A stretch of 64,000 nt of DNA from Sulfurimonadaceae bacterium (lineage in GTDB: Bacteria > Campylobacterota > Campylobacteria > Campylobacterales > Sulfurimonadaceae): assembly GCA_041562555.1 (NCBI GenBank), contig JBFEXS010000001.1, positions 1 to 64,000 of the forward strand, read 5' to 3'. The notes below the pieces were generated by a model. That model was not told where the DNA came from and ran no database searches. It saw only the letters and a program-made list of their open reading frames with translations. This document shows positions 1-9,376 of the stretch, piece after piece; positions within the stretch are counted from its first letter, which is position 1, and every line of letters begins with the position of its first letter. The translations under genes were made by a program, and so were the position numbers.

Positions 1-5
1 CTTTA

Positions 6-1295
6 TTAGAAGAGCAGACCAAAACTGAAGCTTAATGTATCTCTGTCTTCAACGCTGGAGTCTTCATAATCTACCATGGCATAATCCACTTTTAGGACTA
101 CTTGTTCATGCGGGAAGAAGTTGATACCAACAGTCGTCGTAGTGTTTTCTGCACCAAAATAACCCTCGTGTGTTACAAGAGGAGGAGTTACACTGTTGTT
201 AGATACATCAACAACTGTCTCAACCGGATTGATATAATCATACTGAACAAAGACAGGCAGTTTATACTCTGTGTTCATCTGTGCAAGTACATCATATTCG
301 ACATTCACGTAATAACCGTTGGCATCTGAAATAGAATATCCACCTGCAGATGCTGCAATGTCATCAGCATTGTCAATATTTGTTGCTGTATACATTGCTT
401 TAGCTTTGAACCCTGAATTCTCATAGCTTAGGTGCAGATCATACATTGTAGCACGAGTGTCTGAAACGCTTCCTTGTGTGGCACTTCCATGGTAAAGGGA
501 TGCACCGACAAGCAGGCCGGCCATACCGCTATAGTCTAAGCGACCGACGAAGGCAGCATTATTATAGGTAGACTTTTCAAATGAACCTGCACGGCCGCTA
601 CGGATCTGTTTTTGTGCACCGGCATTAGCATTATCAAAATCAAGTGCCTGGATGATACCCGCATTATAGCTCAGACCACTCTCTCCAATATCACCGTAGG
701 TCATCACACCATTGGTGTTCCACGTCGATGGTACAAGGTATTTTTCGACATTAGGACGCTGAACAGTGTTAAAAAGCGTCGGCTCATGACGAAGGTTGAC
801 AAGTCCTATCGGCGTCAAGATATTACCGATTTGGATGTTGAATGCATCCGAGATCAGGAAGTCAAGGTACATAAACTCGATCTTGGCAACACCACCGTTA
901 CCATCGGCACCACCATGCTCAAATTCGATCTCCGTATTGAAGATAATGTTGTCGTTGAACTTATACCCGATGTACGGTACAAAACGATAAACATCGGCAA
1001 TGTTATTGGCATCTTCCTGATCGGCATAATACATCTCTGCATATCCACCAATTGAGAGCGGTGATTTCGATTTGTAGACCTTGGATGCGGCAACACCCAT
1101 ACCGTTGTGTGAGAAGTCGGTATCTACCTCTGCATAACTAAACCCGGTTTTCAGGTCTGAAGTCTCATCAATAAGAATGTTCTGTTTTGCTTCCAAATCA
1201 GCGATTCTCTGCTTTAAGGCATCGATCTCTGCATCTGCAAAAAGTGATGTACTGACTGCCGAAGCAACTGCTAGTGAAATAAATGTTTTTTTCAT
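6..1295 (-). CDS. Outer-membrane porin (OprO/OprP-like beta-barrel), probably iron-uptake associated
   Basis: Signal peptide MKKTFISLAVASAVSTSLFA, N-terminal coiled coil, EIEFEHG motif, amphipathic beta strands and C-terminal Phe. ATG at 1295 follows a GGGAG RBS. Fur boxes lie upstream. Confidence 0.75.
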   Translation of the reverse strand: MKKTFISLAVASAVSTSLFADAEIDALKQRIADLEAKQNILIDETSDLKTGFSYAEVDTDFSHNGMGVAASKVYKSKSPLSIGGYAEMYYADQEDANNIADVYRFVPYIGYKFNDNIIFNTEIEFEHGGADGNGGVAKIEFMYLDFLISDAFNIQIGNILTPIGLVNLRHEPTLFNTVQRPNVEKYLVPSTWNTNGVMTYGDIGESGLSYNAGIIQALDFDNANAGAQKQIRSGRAGSFEKSTYNNAAFVGRLDYSGMAGLLVGASLYHGSATQGSVSDTRATMYDLHLSYENSGFKAKAMYTATNIDNADDIAASAGGYSISDANGYYVNVEYDVLAQMNTEYKLPVFVQYDYINPVETVVDVSNNSVTPPLVTHEGYFGAENTTTTVGINFFPHEQVVLKVDYAMVDYEDSSVEDRDTLSFSFGLLF

Positions 1296-1316
1296 GATGT
1301 AATCTCCCAATTACTA

Positions 1317-1333
1317 CTGATAATTATTATCAG
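1317..1333. promoter_or_regulatory. Fur box 1 (perfect 7-1-7 TGATAAT-T-ATTATCA)
   Basis: cTGATAATtATTATCAg is a perfect palindrome matching the canonical Fur 7-1-7 consensus, about 22 nt upstream of the porin ATG. Confidence 0.85.
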
Positions 1334-1361
1334 AATTAAGTTTTATTTTCTAGAATAGTAG

Positions 1362-1404
1362 TGATATTCGTTATCAATGTCAAGTGTAATGGTAATAATT
1401 ATCA
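1362..1404. promoter_or_regulatory. Fur boxes 2 and 3
   Basis: TGATATTcGTTATCA (1362-1376, 2 mismatches) and TGGTAATaATTATCA (1390-1404, 1 mismatch). Confidence 0.7.
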
Positions 1405-1470
1405 AAATAAAATGAAAATTTAGCAAAAGAAGGTATAAAGTGTGTAGAAATGAGACAATAATTGTCTTGT

Positions 1471-1857
1471 TTAAAAAAGTGCGAGATAGACGAGGTAAGG
1501 GTAGAGCATCAGTCCCATCGTCAACATGATAGGATGCAGGGGCTGTGTCAGCATAAGCTCTAACTCTTTACTCAGCTCTCTGAGGACAAAATGCTTATGG
1601 ATAAGCAGCACCTTGAAGACGATATCGATACTTTTAATCCCTAAGACAAGCAGCACCCATAGATTATAGTGGGTAGCATAGAAAAGATATATACCCAAAA
1701 TATATGAGGGATGCATCAGGTATAAAAGGTAGGGACTTTTATTGTACAAGGCATGGATCTTTTCAAGCATACCCAATAGGGTCGATGATTTTTGCCAGTA
1801 AAGTTCAAAAAGTTCACTGAGGATAAAGAGAATAAAGAGCAGTAATTCGATTGTCAT
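1471..1857 (-). CDS. Hypothetical integral membrane protein
   Basis: 128-aa ORF with about 4 hydrophobic segments. Confidence 0.7.
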   Translation of the reverse strand: MTIELLLFILFILSELFELYWQKSSTLLGMLEKIHALYNKSPYLLYLMHPSYILGIYLFYATHYNLWVLLVLGIKSIDIVFKVLLIHKHFVLRELSKELELMLTQPLHPIMLTMGLMLYPYLVYLALF

Positions 1858-1899
1858 GTGAAATCATAGTATAATTTCACTAATTATAGAAGGAAATGA

Positions 1900-2601
1900 A
1901 TGTCACTATTTTATACGGATGAAGAGGGTGCACAGGTCTGTGTACACGATTTTGACCCTGAAGAGAATATCTATGAAGAAAAGACAACACTGTTGTATGC
2001 CTTTATCAAATTCGACGGAGATGATGAAGAACTCCTTCGCATCGAAGAGAAGCTCGTAGACAAAACGCAAAAACTCAGCCTTGATTATGTCGGTTGGAGA
2101 CAGGCGGAAGGGTGGCTGGAAGTCTATTTTTATACAGAACAGGCCAAAGGCTTTGAGAATGCGCTTAATGAAGCCCTTAAACCTGCTTATCAGTTTGAAA
2201 GCGGTCATCGAAAAGACAAAAAGTATGAAACCTATTATAAGATGCTTTTGCCGAATGAACGGGAATACCATAATATCCAGAGTGAAGAGATCATTGCCGA
2301 TCTGCAAGAAGCGGGAGATGATCTGCAAGCGCAACACCGTATTGAATATCATGCGATGTTTATGACGTCATCCCAGCGTAAACGTTTTATCGAATCAGTC
2401 GAAGAAGAGGGATTTGAGTTTTTACATGACTTTATGGATGAAAAAGCTGAAGATGATTTCGTCTACGGGGTAGTGTTCACCAAACTTTCAATGATCAGCA
2501 TAGAACTTCTGAATAAAGACACAGAGCGGTTTTTCCCGCTCATCAAACGTGAACATGGACGTTATGAAGGCTGGGGTACAGAAGCGGTTTCTGTATTGTA
2601 A
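1900..2601 (+). CDS. DUF695/RraB (regulator of ribonuclease activity B) domain protein
   Basis: Acidic protein with LQEAGDDL...HRIEYH and C-terminal GRYEGWG motifs typical of RraB domains. AAGGA RBS and TATAAT upstream. Confidence 0.7.
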   Translation: MSLFYTDEEGAQVCVHDFDPEENIYEEKTTLLYAFIKFDGDDEELLRIEEKLVDKTQKLSLDYVGWRQAEGWLEVYFYTEQAKGFENALNEALKPAYQFESGHRKDKKYETYYKMLLPNEREYHNIQSEEIIADLQEAGDDLQAQHRIEYHAMFMTSSQRKRFIESVEEEGFEFLHDFMDEKAEDDFVYGVVFTKLSMISIELLNKDTERFFPLIKREHGRYEGWGTEAVSVL

Positions 2602-2604
2602 GTA

Positions 2605-3156
2605 TTACTTCTGAATTTCTACCAGGATTGCCCCGCGAAGATCTCCCATCTTATAGCCGGTTGCTTTGTCCTCCGGATAACTCTCTTTGATGAAGTTGGC
2701 AAGTTTTGGGTTCTTGTTGATATCTCCATGGCATTTGAGACAGACCTCTTTTTTTATGACAAGGGGCTTATAGTACTTATATGCATTATCTGTCTCCTCC
2801 ACATAATGTGTAGAAAGTTTTTGCGTGTCCAAGAGGGCCTGCATCTTCTGCAGTGCGTTGGCCTCATCTGCACTTGGGGTATTGGCAGGATTGCGCTCTT
2901 TTAAAGAGATGCGTTTAATACTGACACCTTTTACCTGATGCAGGTTCACCTCTTCGGTCAAAGTAAGGGCATTGGTATTACAAAAGCGTACAGCAGAGAT
3001 GATGCCGTTGGTCTTGATCTCATGTTTGAGTTTTGAACCTAGGTTCTTGAGAAGTTCTGAAGAAGCCTTCTCTCCCGTATCGATAACATCTTGGGGGATT
3101 TCTTGTGCAAAAAGTGTAGCGGTGAGCAGCAGGGGTGTGAAAAGGGTCTTAATCAT
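2605..3156 (-). CDS. DUF3365 (Tll0287-like) periplasmic c-type heme protein
   Basis: Signal peptide from ATG 3156, RNPANTP, CLKCHG heme motif, YPEDKATGYKMGDLRGA. Confidence 0.85.
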   Translation of the reverse strand: MIKTLFTPLLLTATLFAQEIPQDVIDTGEKASSELLKNLGSKLKHEIKTNGIISAVRFCNTNALTLTEEVNLHQVKGVSIKRISLKERNPANTPSADEANALQKMQALLDTQKLSTHYVEETDNAYKYYKPLVIKKEVCLKCHGDINKNPKLANFIKESYPEDKATGYKMGDLRGAILVEIQK

Positions 3157-4048
3157 GTTCGTATTCATCCATTCCATGCATTTGAGAATCATCATAAGGA
3201 TCAGGGTGGATGACCATGTTCCAGTTGAGATTCGTATCAAGCTGTTTGATCTGAAGTTCAATTGTATCACAAACCCGATGGGCATCAAATAAAGAGGTCG
3301 AGATATTAAAGACGAGATGGACGGAGACGAAGGCATCCTTGCCGGAACAACGTGTAAGCAGTTGATGGTAAGAGGTGATGTTTTTGTTTGTCTCGATGAT
3401 ATATTTTATTTTTTCAACGATCTCTTCAGGCATTGCGACATCCATCAGCATCAAGATGCCATCCTTGATCAGAGCGTAGGCAGAGTAGATGATATACAGA
3501 GCGATCAGGATACCCAGGATCGCATCGATCATATAGATCTGTGTAAAATGGATTATGAGCAAAGAGATAAGAATGACAGCATTGGAATAGAGATCTGTCT
3601 TATAATGCAGGGCATCGGAACGAATCACCATAGAGCGGGTATGTCGGTAGACATAATTCAAAAACAGAACCAAGGCACCGGTGATGAGCAGGGAGATAAG
3701 CATGATGATGATGGATTCATGCAAATAGCTCGTCTGATATCCATGAATAAGCTTGTCGATGGCAGCATACAGGATATACAGCCCTGAAATGGAGATGATG
3801 ACCCCTTCGATGACGGCTGCTATGGCTTCAAGCTTTCCTCTTCCGTAGTTAAATTTCTCATCGGGAGCTTTTTCCGTATTGTGTAGAGCAAAATAGTTGA
3901 AAAGTGAGACGGCGAGATCGAGCAGGGAGTCGATAGCAGATGCAAGGACCGCGACAGAACCGCTGGCAATTCCTACAAAAAGTTTTAAAATGACAAGCAG
4001 TGTCGCTGTTGCACTTGATATAATGGTGGCTTTTTTCTCTAATCGCAT
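3149..4048 (-). CDS. Cation diffusion facilitator (FieF-like) metal efflux transporter
   Basis: SVAVLASAIDSLLD, YGRGKLE, DALHYKTD and IHPDP CDF motifs; 6 TM segments. Confidence 0.9.
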   Translation of the reverse strand: MRLEKKATIISSATATLLVILKLFVGIASGSVAVLASAIDSLLDLAVSLFNYFALHNTEKAPDEKFNYGRGKLEAIAAVIEGVIISISGLYILYAAIDKLIHGYQTSYLHESIIIMLISLLITGALVLFLNYVYRHTRSMVIRSDALHYKTDLYSNAVILISLLIIHFTQIYMIDAILGILIALYIIYSAYALIKDGILMLMDVAMPEEIVEKIKYIIETNKNITSYHQLLTRCSGKDAFVSVHLVFNISTSLFDAHRVCDTIELQIKQLDTNLNWNMVIHPDPYDDSQMHGMDEYEHD

Positions 4049-4126
4049 TTTTTCCCGTGTTGAACTGGTTTGGAATTATTTTAGCAAAGAAAAGGTAAGA
4101 TTAGGCACTATTTTGAAGGAAAATGT

Positions 4127-5029
4127 GTGAATCTAGACGAAATTCGACAAGAACGTCAAAAATGGATGACGTGGAAAAACATTGCACCTTTGCGTCAGGC
4201 CCTGGAAGAACTGGATGAGATCGAGTCAGTCTGTGATTTCGCAGATACGGTTACGATTCGAACGGAAGATCCATTGAGTGAAACTGCCCAGGAGCAGATA
4301 AAAAAGGTCGCCAAGCAGATGATGCCGTGGAGAAAGGGGCCCTTTGACCTGTTTGGTCTTTTTATCGATACTGAGTGGCAGAGCTTTTTAAAATACAACC
4401 TGTTGGAACCGCATTTTGATCTCAAAGGTAAGCGAGTCGCCGATGTAGGGTGCAATAACGGCTATTATATGTTCAGAATGCTTACCCAGGAACCGGAACG
4501 TATTGTCGGGTTTGACCCTTCTGCTTTGTATAAGAGTCAATTTGATCTGATCAACCATTATGTCAAGAGCGATATCTCCTTTGAACTCCTGGGTGTCGAA
4601 CATCTTCCTTTTTATGAGCATAAGTTTGATACGGTCTTTTGTCTGGGTGTGCTTTATCACAGACCTGATCCGATAGGAACACTGAAAGCATTGGCAAAGG
4701 GGATGGAAAAGGGTGCAGAACTCTTTTTGGATACGTTTATGATTGACGGTGAGGAAGATATCTGTCTGACACCGGAAAAGACCTATTCAAAAATTCCGAA
4801 CATCTATTTTGTACCGACGGTCAAAGCCCTCAAAAATTGGTGTAGCCGTGCAGGTTTTATAGATATTGAAGTGTTGGAGATCACCGTAACGACAGAAGAC
4901 GAACAGCGTTCTACAGACTGGATCGAGGGTGAAAGTTTAGGCAGTTTTCTAGATGAAAACGATCCTAGCAAAACGGTGGAAGGATATCCCGCACCAAAAC
5001 GTGTTTATATAAAAGCAGTAAGGAAATAA
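4127..5029 (+). CDS. cmoB: tRNA U34 carboxymethyltransferase
   Basis: PWRKGPF, IDTEWQS, DVGCNNGYY, GVLYHR, TVEGYPAP. Confidence 0.95.
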   Translation: MNLDEIRQERQKWMTWKNIAPLRQALEELDEIESVCDFADTVTIRTEDPLSETAQEQIKKVAKQMMPWRKGPFDLFGLFIDTEWQSFLKYNLLEPHFDLKGKRVADVGCNNGYYMFRMLTQEPERIVGFDPSALYKSQFDLINHYVKSDISFELLGVEHLPFYEHKFDTVFCLGVLYHRPDPIGTLKALAKGMEKGAELFLDTFMIDGEEDICLTPEKTYSKIPNIYFVPTVKALKNWCSRAGFIDIEVLEITVTTEDEQRSTDWIEGESLGSFLDENDPSKTVEGYPAPKRVYIKAVRK

Positions 5030-5030
5030 G

Positions 5031-5519
5031 ATGGCAGAAGATAAAAATACACAAAAAAATACCGAGGAAACTGAGATCGAGGATATATCATACGGCGATG
5101 AGGTTACACTCCGGACCCATGATCTCATTGACAGCAGATACAGCGGTGATCTTATTGAGATAAAAGAAGGGTTTTCGAAGGTCAGTCTGATGACCAATGA
5201 TGAGATGCGTGCAGACAGTCTGGGACTTGTTCACGGCGGATTTCTTTTCTCTGCAGCAGACTTCTCCGCAATGGCCGCAGTCAACGATCCAAATGTCGTA
5301 TTGGCTTCTGCAAATACAACCTTCCTGTCACCGGTACGTGTCGGAGATCAAGTGATTTTTGAGGCCCGTGTACGTCATAAGGACGGACGAAAGCGTGAAG
5401 TCAATGTCACAGGTTCTGTTTTGGATATCAAAGTATTTGAAGGAAGCTTCAAAACGGTTGTCCTGGAAAAACATGTCTTAAAGCTCAATCTTATGAATGC
5501 CAGTAAGGATAAAGACTAA
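5031..5519 (+). CDS. PaaI-family hotdog thioesterase
   Basis: GLVHGGFLFSAAD, FLSPVRVGD. Confidence 0.85.
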   Translation: MAEDKNTQKNTEETEIEDISYGDEVTLRTHDLIDSRYSGDLIEIKEGFSKVSLMTNDEMRADSLGLVHGGFLFSAADFSAMAAVNDPNVVLASANTTFLSPVRVGDQVIFEARVRHKDGRKREVNVTGSVLDIKVFEGSFKTVVLEKHVLKLNLMNASKDKD

Positions 5520-6109
5520 AGAGCACTGATCCAATAGTCTGCGTTGCGTTGTTCTGATGAGATGCTTGTCGCCCCGCCGTGGCCCGGATAGATCTTCTTG
5601 TCATAATCAATTGCTTTGAATTTTTTCAGGGACTCTATCATTTTCTGAGGTGATGAATAGGGAAAGTCACATCTGCCAATAGATCGATCAAATACGAAGT
5701 CTCCGCTGAACATCGCATCCTCTATTTCAATAGTGGAACATCCTGGACAGTGTCCCGGAAAGTGACGGAACTTTACTTTTATGCCCTGGATATCAATCTC
5801 TGCATCGCCTTCTATCTCAATATCAGGATAGGAAGCCGGAAGATTAGGCATCATTTCCGAGCTTTGTAGCAGAAATACATCCTCTTTGGGTGTATACAGA
5901 GGAATGTTCAGCTTTTCCTTGAGTTCCTGGTTTGACCAGACATGATCAAAATGTCCATGGGTATTCAATATCGCAACGGGGTTGGTGACATTGTCCATGA
6001 CCCATTGCGTCGCGCCTACCCCCGGATCGATGATGATGTCTTTGTCGTCAATATGGACAATGTAACAATTGGTCTGATAAGGTCCCATCGCTTGAACTTG
6101 AATCTGCAT
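5516..6109 (-). CDS. MBL-fold metallo-hydrolase (glyoxalase II-like)
   Basis: THGHFDH, PGH, SGD and PGHG motifs. Confidence 0.9.
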   Translation of the reverse strand: MQIQVQAMGPYQTNCYIVHIDDKDIIIDPGVGATQWVMDNVTNPVAILNTHGHFDHVWSNQELKEKLNIPLYTPKEDVFLLQSSEMMPNLPASYPDIEIEGDAEIDIQGIKVKFRHFPGHCPGCSTIEIEDAMFSGDFVFDRSIGRCDFPYSSPQKMIESLKKFKAIDYDKKIYPGHGGATSISSEQRNADYWISAL

Positions 6110-6150
6110 GTTATAACTTCTTTTTAGCGAAATTCTATCATAATACGCCT

Positions 6151-6972
6151 ATGGAATTTTTTACACAGATTGAAGTGATCTTGCGACTCAACACGCCTGA
6201 AGAAAAGTGCAGTGCGTTTAAACAGTTTTATCAAGCATACCTTGAAGGAAGCCTTTTCTTTGATCACACGCACATAGCCAAAGTATTTGAGGAGCCATCC
6301 TATGTCGGCTATTGCCAGTTGGTGTCTCCCACAGTAGTACTGAAACGTAAAAAACTTGAGACAGACAGGGGTAAAGCGGTCTTTTTGCATGCGATTGCAC
6401 ATATTGAGTATGCGGCGATCGATCTGGCCCTGGATGCAGCCTATCGCTTTAAAGATCTTCCCAAAGCCTTTTATGATGACTGGCTCAGTGTAGCCAATGA
6501 TGAAGTCCGTCATTTTGAACTTTTACAAGAGAGACTTAGAGATGTCGGGTCTTTTTACGGTGATTTACCCGTGCATAATGCACTGTTTGAAGCGGCATAT
6601 CGTACGCCGGAGTTTCATGAACGTATGGCAGTAGTACCTCGCTATCTTGAAGCGAATGGCCTGGATGTAACGCCGATGATGATAGATAAGCTTAGACAAT
6701 TGGAAGATGATGCAAAGGCAGAGAACATGATAGAAGCTTTGGAACTTATTTTAAAAGAAGAGTGTGATCATGTACATAAGGGGGATGTCTGGTTTAAGTA
6801 TGCCTGCGATCAAGAGGGCCTTGATTATGATGTCTATTTTGACATTATCGAAGTCCATTACCCGGGAAGTTTTCCGCGTAAGAAGCATCTTAATGTACAG
6901 GCCCGACAGGAAGCAGGTTTCTCGTGCAGTGAGTTAAAGCGGATGAAAAACGATATTGAGTGTTTCGAGTAG
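6151..6972 (+). CDS. Ferritin-like DUF455 family protein
   Basis: HAIAHIEYAAIDLALD, DEVRHF, LEANGLD, EECDHV. Confidence 0.85.
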   Translation: MEFFTQIEVILRLNTPEEKCSAFKQFYQAYLEGSLFFDHTHIAKVFEEPSYVGYCQLVSPTVVLKRKKLETDRGKAVFLHAIAHIEYAAIDLALDAAYRFKDLPKAFYDDWLSVANDEVRHFELLQERLRDVGSFYGDLPVHNALFEAAYRTPEFHERMAVVPRYLEANGLDVTPMMIDKLRQLEDDAKAENMIEALELILKEECDHVHKGDVWFKYACDQEGLDYDVYFDIIEVHYPGSFPRKKHLNVQARQEAGFSCSELKRMKNDIECFE

Positions 6973-6979
6973 CTTGTAT

Positions 6980-7231
6980 CTAGGTGAGGGGAATAGGTGT
7001 AATAGAATCATCCTTATGCATCTGGATGAGTGTCTTGTTTTGAAAGTCGACCAATATGAATTCATGTATGATGCGTAAGTTCCCTGAGGGTATTTGAACG
7101 GCATAGCCTGAAAATTCCAAGGCACTGATATGTCTGATCCCGAGTTGGTAGGCTAACTTGGAGCCTTCGCTATTATAGAAAAGTGCTTTTTTCTTTTCTT
7201 TAGCTACGTGGATAGCATCAATGAAATCCAA
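6980..7231 (-). CDS. Small hypothetical protein
   Basis: 83 aa, TTG start with GAGG RBS and an extended -10 (TGcTATACT) upstream; fills the intergenic gap. Confidence 0.6.
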   Translation of the reverse strand: MDFIDAIHVAKEKKKALFYNSEGSKLAYQLGIRHISALEFSGYAVQIPSGNLRIIHEFILVDFQNKTLIQMHKDDSITPIPLT

Positions 7232-7382
7232 GAGTACACCTCTGTTTTATCCGCAGTATAGCATCTATTTAAAAATCTTTTTCTTTTGTGAGTATTAAAA
7301 ATATAAATTAGATATGCCGATAGTACATTAATAAAAAAAATTAGATATAATGATTTCACTTAAACTTTATTTTAGGAACCAA

Positions 7383-8183
7383 ATGAGCAAGTATGCACAA
7401 ATCTCAGACTATTTGATCGCTTTTTTAAAAGACGAGGTTGAAAAGACCGGCTTGAAGAATGTCGTTGTCGGTTTGAGTGGTGGCCTGGATTCGGCGGTAG
7501 TCGCGGTATTGGCACATCATGCATTTTCTGAACGCTTATTGTGCGTGAAAATGCCATCACAGTTCTCCTCTCAAAGCTCGTTGGACGATGCCGATGAATT
7601 GTGTGAAAAATTTGGTATCAAGAGTGAGACCCGCGATATCTCGGCACTGTTGAACGCTTACGGCATAGACGATCTAAGCCCTTTACGTGTGGGAAACCTT
7701 TCAGCACGTTTTCGCATGGTGAACCTGTATGACATATCCGCGCGGGAGAATGCTTTGGTGCTTGGCACAAGTAATAAGAGTGAACTGATGCTGGGTTATG
7801 GGACACTTTTTGGTGATTTGGCATCGGCTTTGAACCCTATAGGAGATCTGTACAAAACGGAAGTATTTGCTTTGGCCCGTCATATCGGTGTCCCTGATAG
7901 TATCGTCAATAAAGCACCTTCAGCAGATTTATGGGAAGGGCAAAGCGATGAAAATGAGCTTGGATACAGTTATGAAGAGCTTGATAGTGTGTTAAAACGA
8001 TACATTGAAGAGCGATGGACATCAAAAGAACTCTTAGAACAAGGCTATGGCGAAGAATTGGTTAATATGGTAATTAAACGAATTTATCAAAATCAGTTTA
8101 AGCGACGCATGCCTTTGATCGCAAAACTGTCGACGCGTTCGATTAATCACGACTTCAACTATCCAAGGGATGTTGGTCTGTAA
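7383..8183 (+). CDS. nadE: NH3-dependent NAD+ synthetase
   Basis: GLSGGLDS, GTSNKSE, PIGDLYKTEV, APSADLW. ATG 7383 follows AGGA. Confidence 0.95.
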   Translation: MSKYAQISDYLIAFLKDEVEKTGLKNVVVGLSGGLDSAVVAVLAHHAFSERLLCVKMPSQFSSQSSLDDADELCEKFGIKSETRDISALLNAYGIDDLSPLRVGNLSARFRMVNLYDISARENALVLGTSNKSELMLGYGTLFGDLASALNPIGDLYKTEVFALARHIGVPDSIVNKAPSADLWEGQSDENELGYSYEELDSVLKRYIEERWTSKELLEQGYGEELVNMVIKRIYQNQFKRRMPLIAKLSTRSINHDFNYPRDVGL

Positions 8184-8246
8184 GGTTATTGTATAAAATC
8201 TACTTGGGTGGATTTTTAGAGTAACTATTAAAAAAAGGGATGATTT

Positions 8247-9368
8247 ATGGCAAAGAGCGTACCGTTTTATAGACCTCGTATAGATAATAAAGAAAAGGCA
8301 CATCTTGATGAAGTGCTCTCTCAGGAGACCAATAAGGTCGAAGAGCTGGAAGAAGCCTTTGTTAAGTATATTGGGGCCGATTACGCAGTAGCGACATCTG
8401 AGGGGACTTCAGCATTGCATCTGGCGATGTTGGCTATTAACCTAAAGCGTGGTGACAAGGTGTTATGTTCAGTCAATGCTTTCCCTTCCGTACCTGAAGT
8501 GGTCCGTCATTTTGATGCCGAACCGATTTTTGTGGATGTTGAAGAGGAGAGTTATAATATCAACTTGGACCGCTTGGAGACGATACTTTCGGATTATCAG
8601 TCTAAAAAACTCAAAGCCGTCATTGTAAGTCATATTGCCGGACATCCGATCGACCTCGAACGTCTGTATAACATTGCCAAGATCTATAATATCCGTATCA
8701 TAGAAGATGCTTCCGAGGCTCTTGGTGGTACATACAAAGGTAAACGCATCGGTGCCACGGGAGCTGATATCACGACCTTCAGTTTTAATCCCCACCTTAA
8801 GGGGCATGTCTGTAATGGCGGGATGATGGTGACCAACGATGAAGACCTTCTTGAACGTGCCCAACTGCTTCGAAACCACGCTATGGTGACTCCGGATGAA
8901 AACCTTTCTTATGTTTATGATGTTGTTGATATCGGAAGCAAATATGATATGAGTGAACTGGATGCTGCCTATATCTTGGGCCAACTTTCCAAGCAGGACG
9001 CAGCAATCGCACGTCAAAAAGAGATCGCATCCCTTTACTCTAAAAAACTTTCCGGAGCAGCGCATATTCAATTGCCGGAAATGGTGGATGAACATACCTT
9101 TTCACTCTACATCATCAAAGTGAAGAAAAACCGGGACTCTTTCGCGCGCGAACTTTTAGAAAAAGGTGTTCAGACAGGACTGCACTATATCCCTTTACAT
9201 CTGTTGAGCTACTATAAGAGTAAATACTCACTGCGTGTTAATGACTTCCCGGTCGCGCTGCGTAATTTTCAGCAGGTTCTATCGATTCCTATCTATGCAG
9301 ATATGAGTGATGCTGATGTAGAGTATGTATGTGATACGATCATCAATATCACAAAGCACTGGGTGTAA
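8247..9368 (+). CDS. DegT/DnrJ/EryC1/StrS-family aminotransferase-like protein
   Basis: GTSALHLA, IIEDA, GLHYIPLH, LSIPIY. Confidence 0.85.
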   Translation: MAKSVPFYRPRIDNKEKAHLDEVLSQETNKVEELEEAFVKYIGADYAVATSEGTSALHLAMLAINLKRGDKVLCSVNAFPSVPEVVRHFDAEPIFVDVEEESYNINLDRLETILSDYQSKKLKAVIVSHIAGHPIDLERLYNIAKIYNIRIIEDASEALGGTYKGKRIGATGADITTFSFNPHLKGHVCNGGMMVTNDEDLLERAQLLRNHAMVTPDENLSYVYDVVDIGSKYDMSELDAAYILGQLSKQDAAIARQKEIASLYSKKLSGAAHIQLPEMVDEHTFSLYIIKVKKNRDSFARELLEKGVQTGLHYIPLHLLSYYKSKYSLRVNDFPVALRNFQQVLSIPIYADMSDADVEYVCDTIINITKHWV

Positions 9369-9376
9369 GACTATCC

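Noticed and set aside
1453..1467. Palindrome AGACAAT-A-ATTGTCT as a fourth Fur box
   Set aside because: Four mismatches to the consensus, and it sits right after a stop codon, so a terminator-like hairpin is more likely.
3157..3336. N-terminal extensions in the ORF track (also 23029-23103, 26676-26759, 29438-29602, 53080-53160, 61476-61631)
   Set aside because: They overlap neighbouring genes. Downstream starts give proper signal peptides, RBS and family-typical N-termini.
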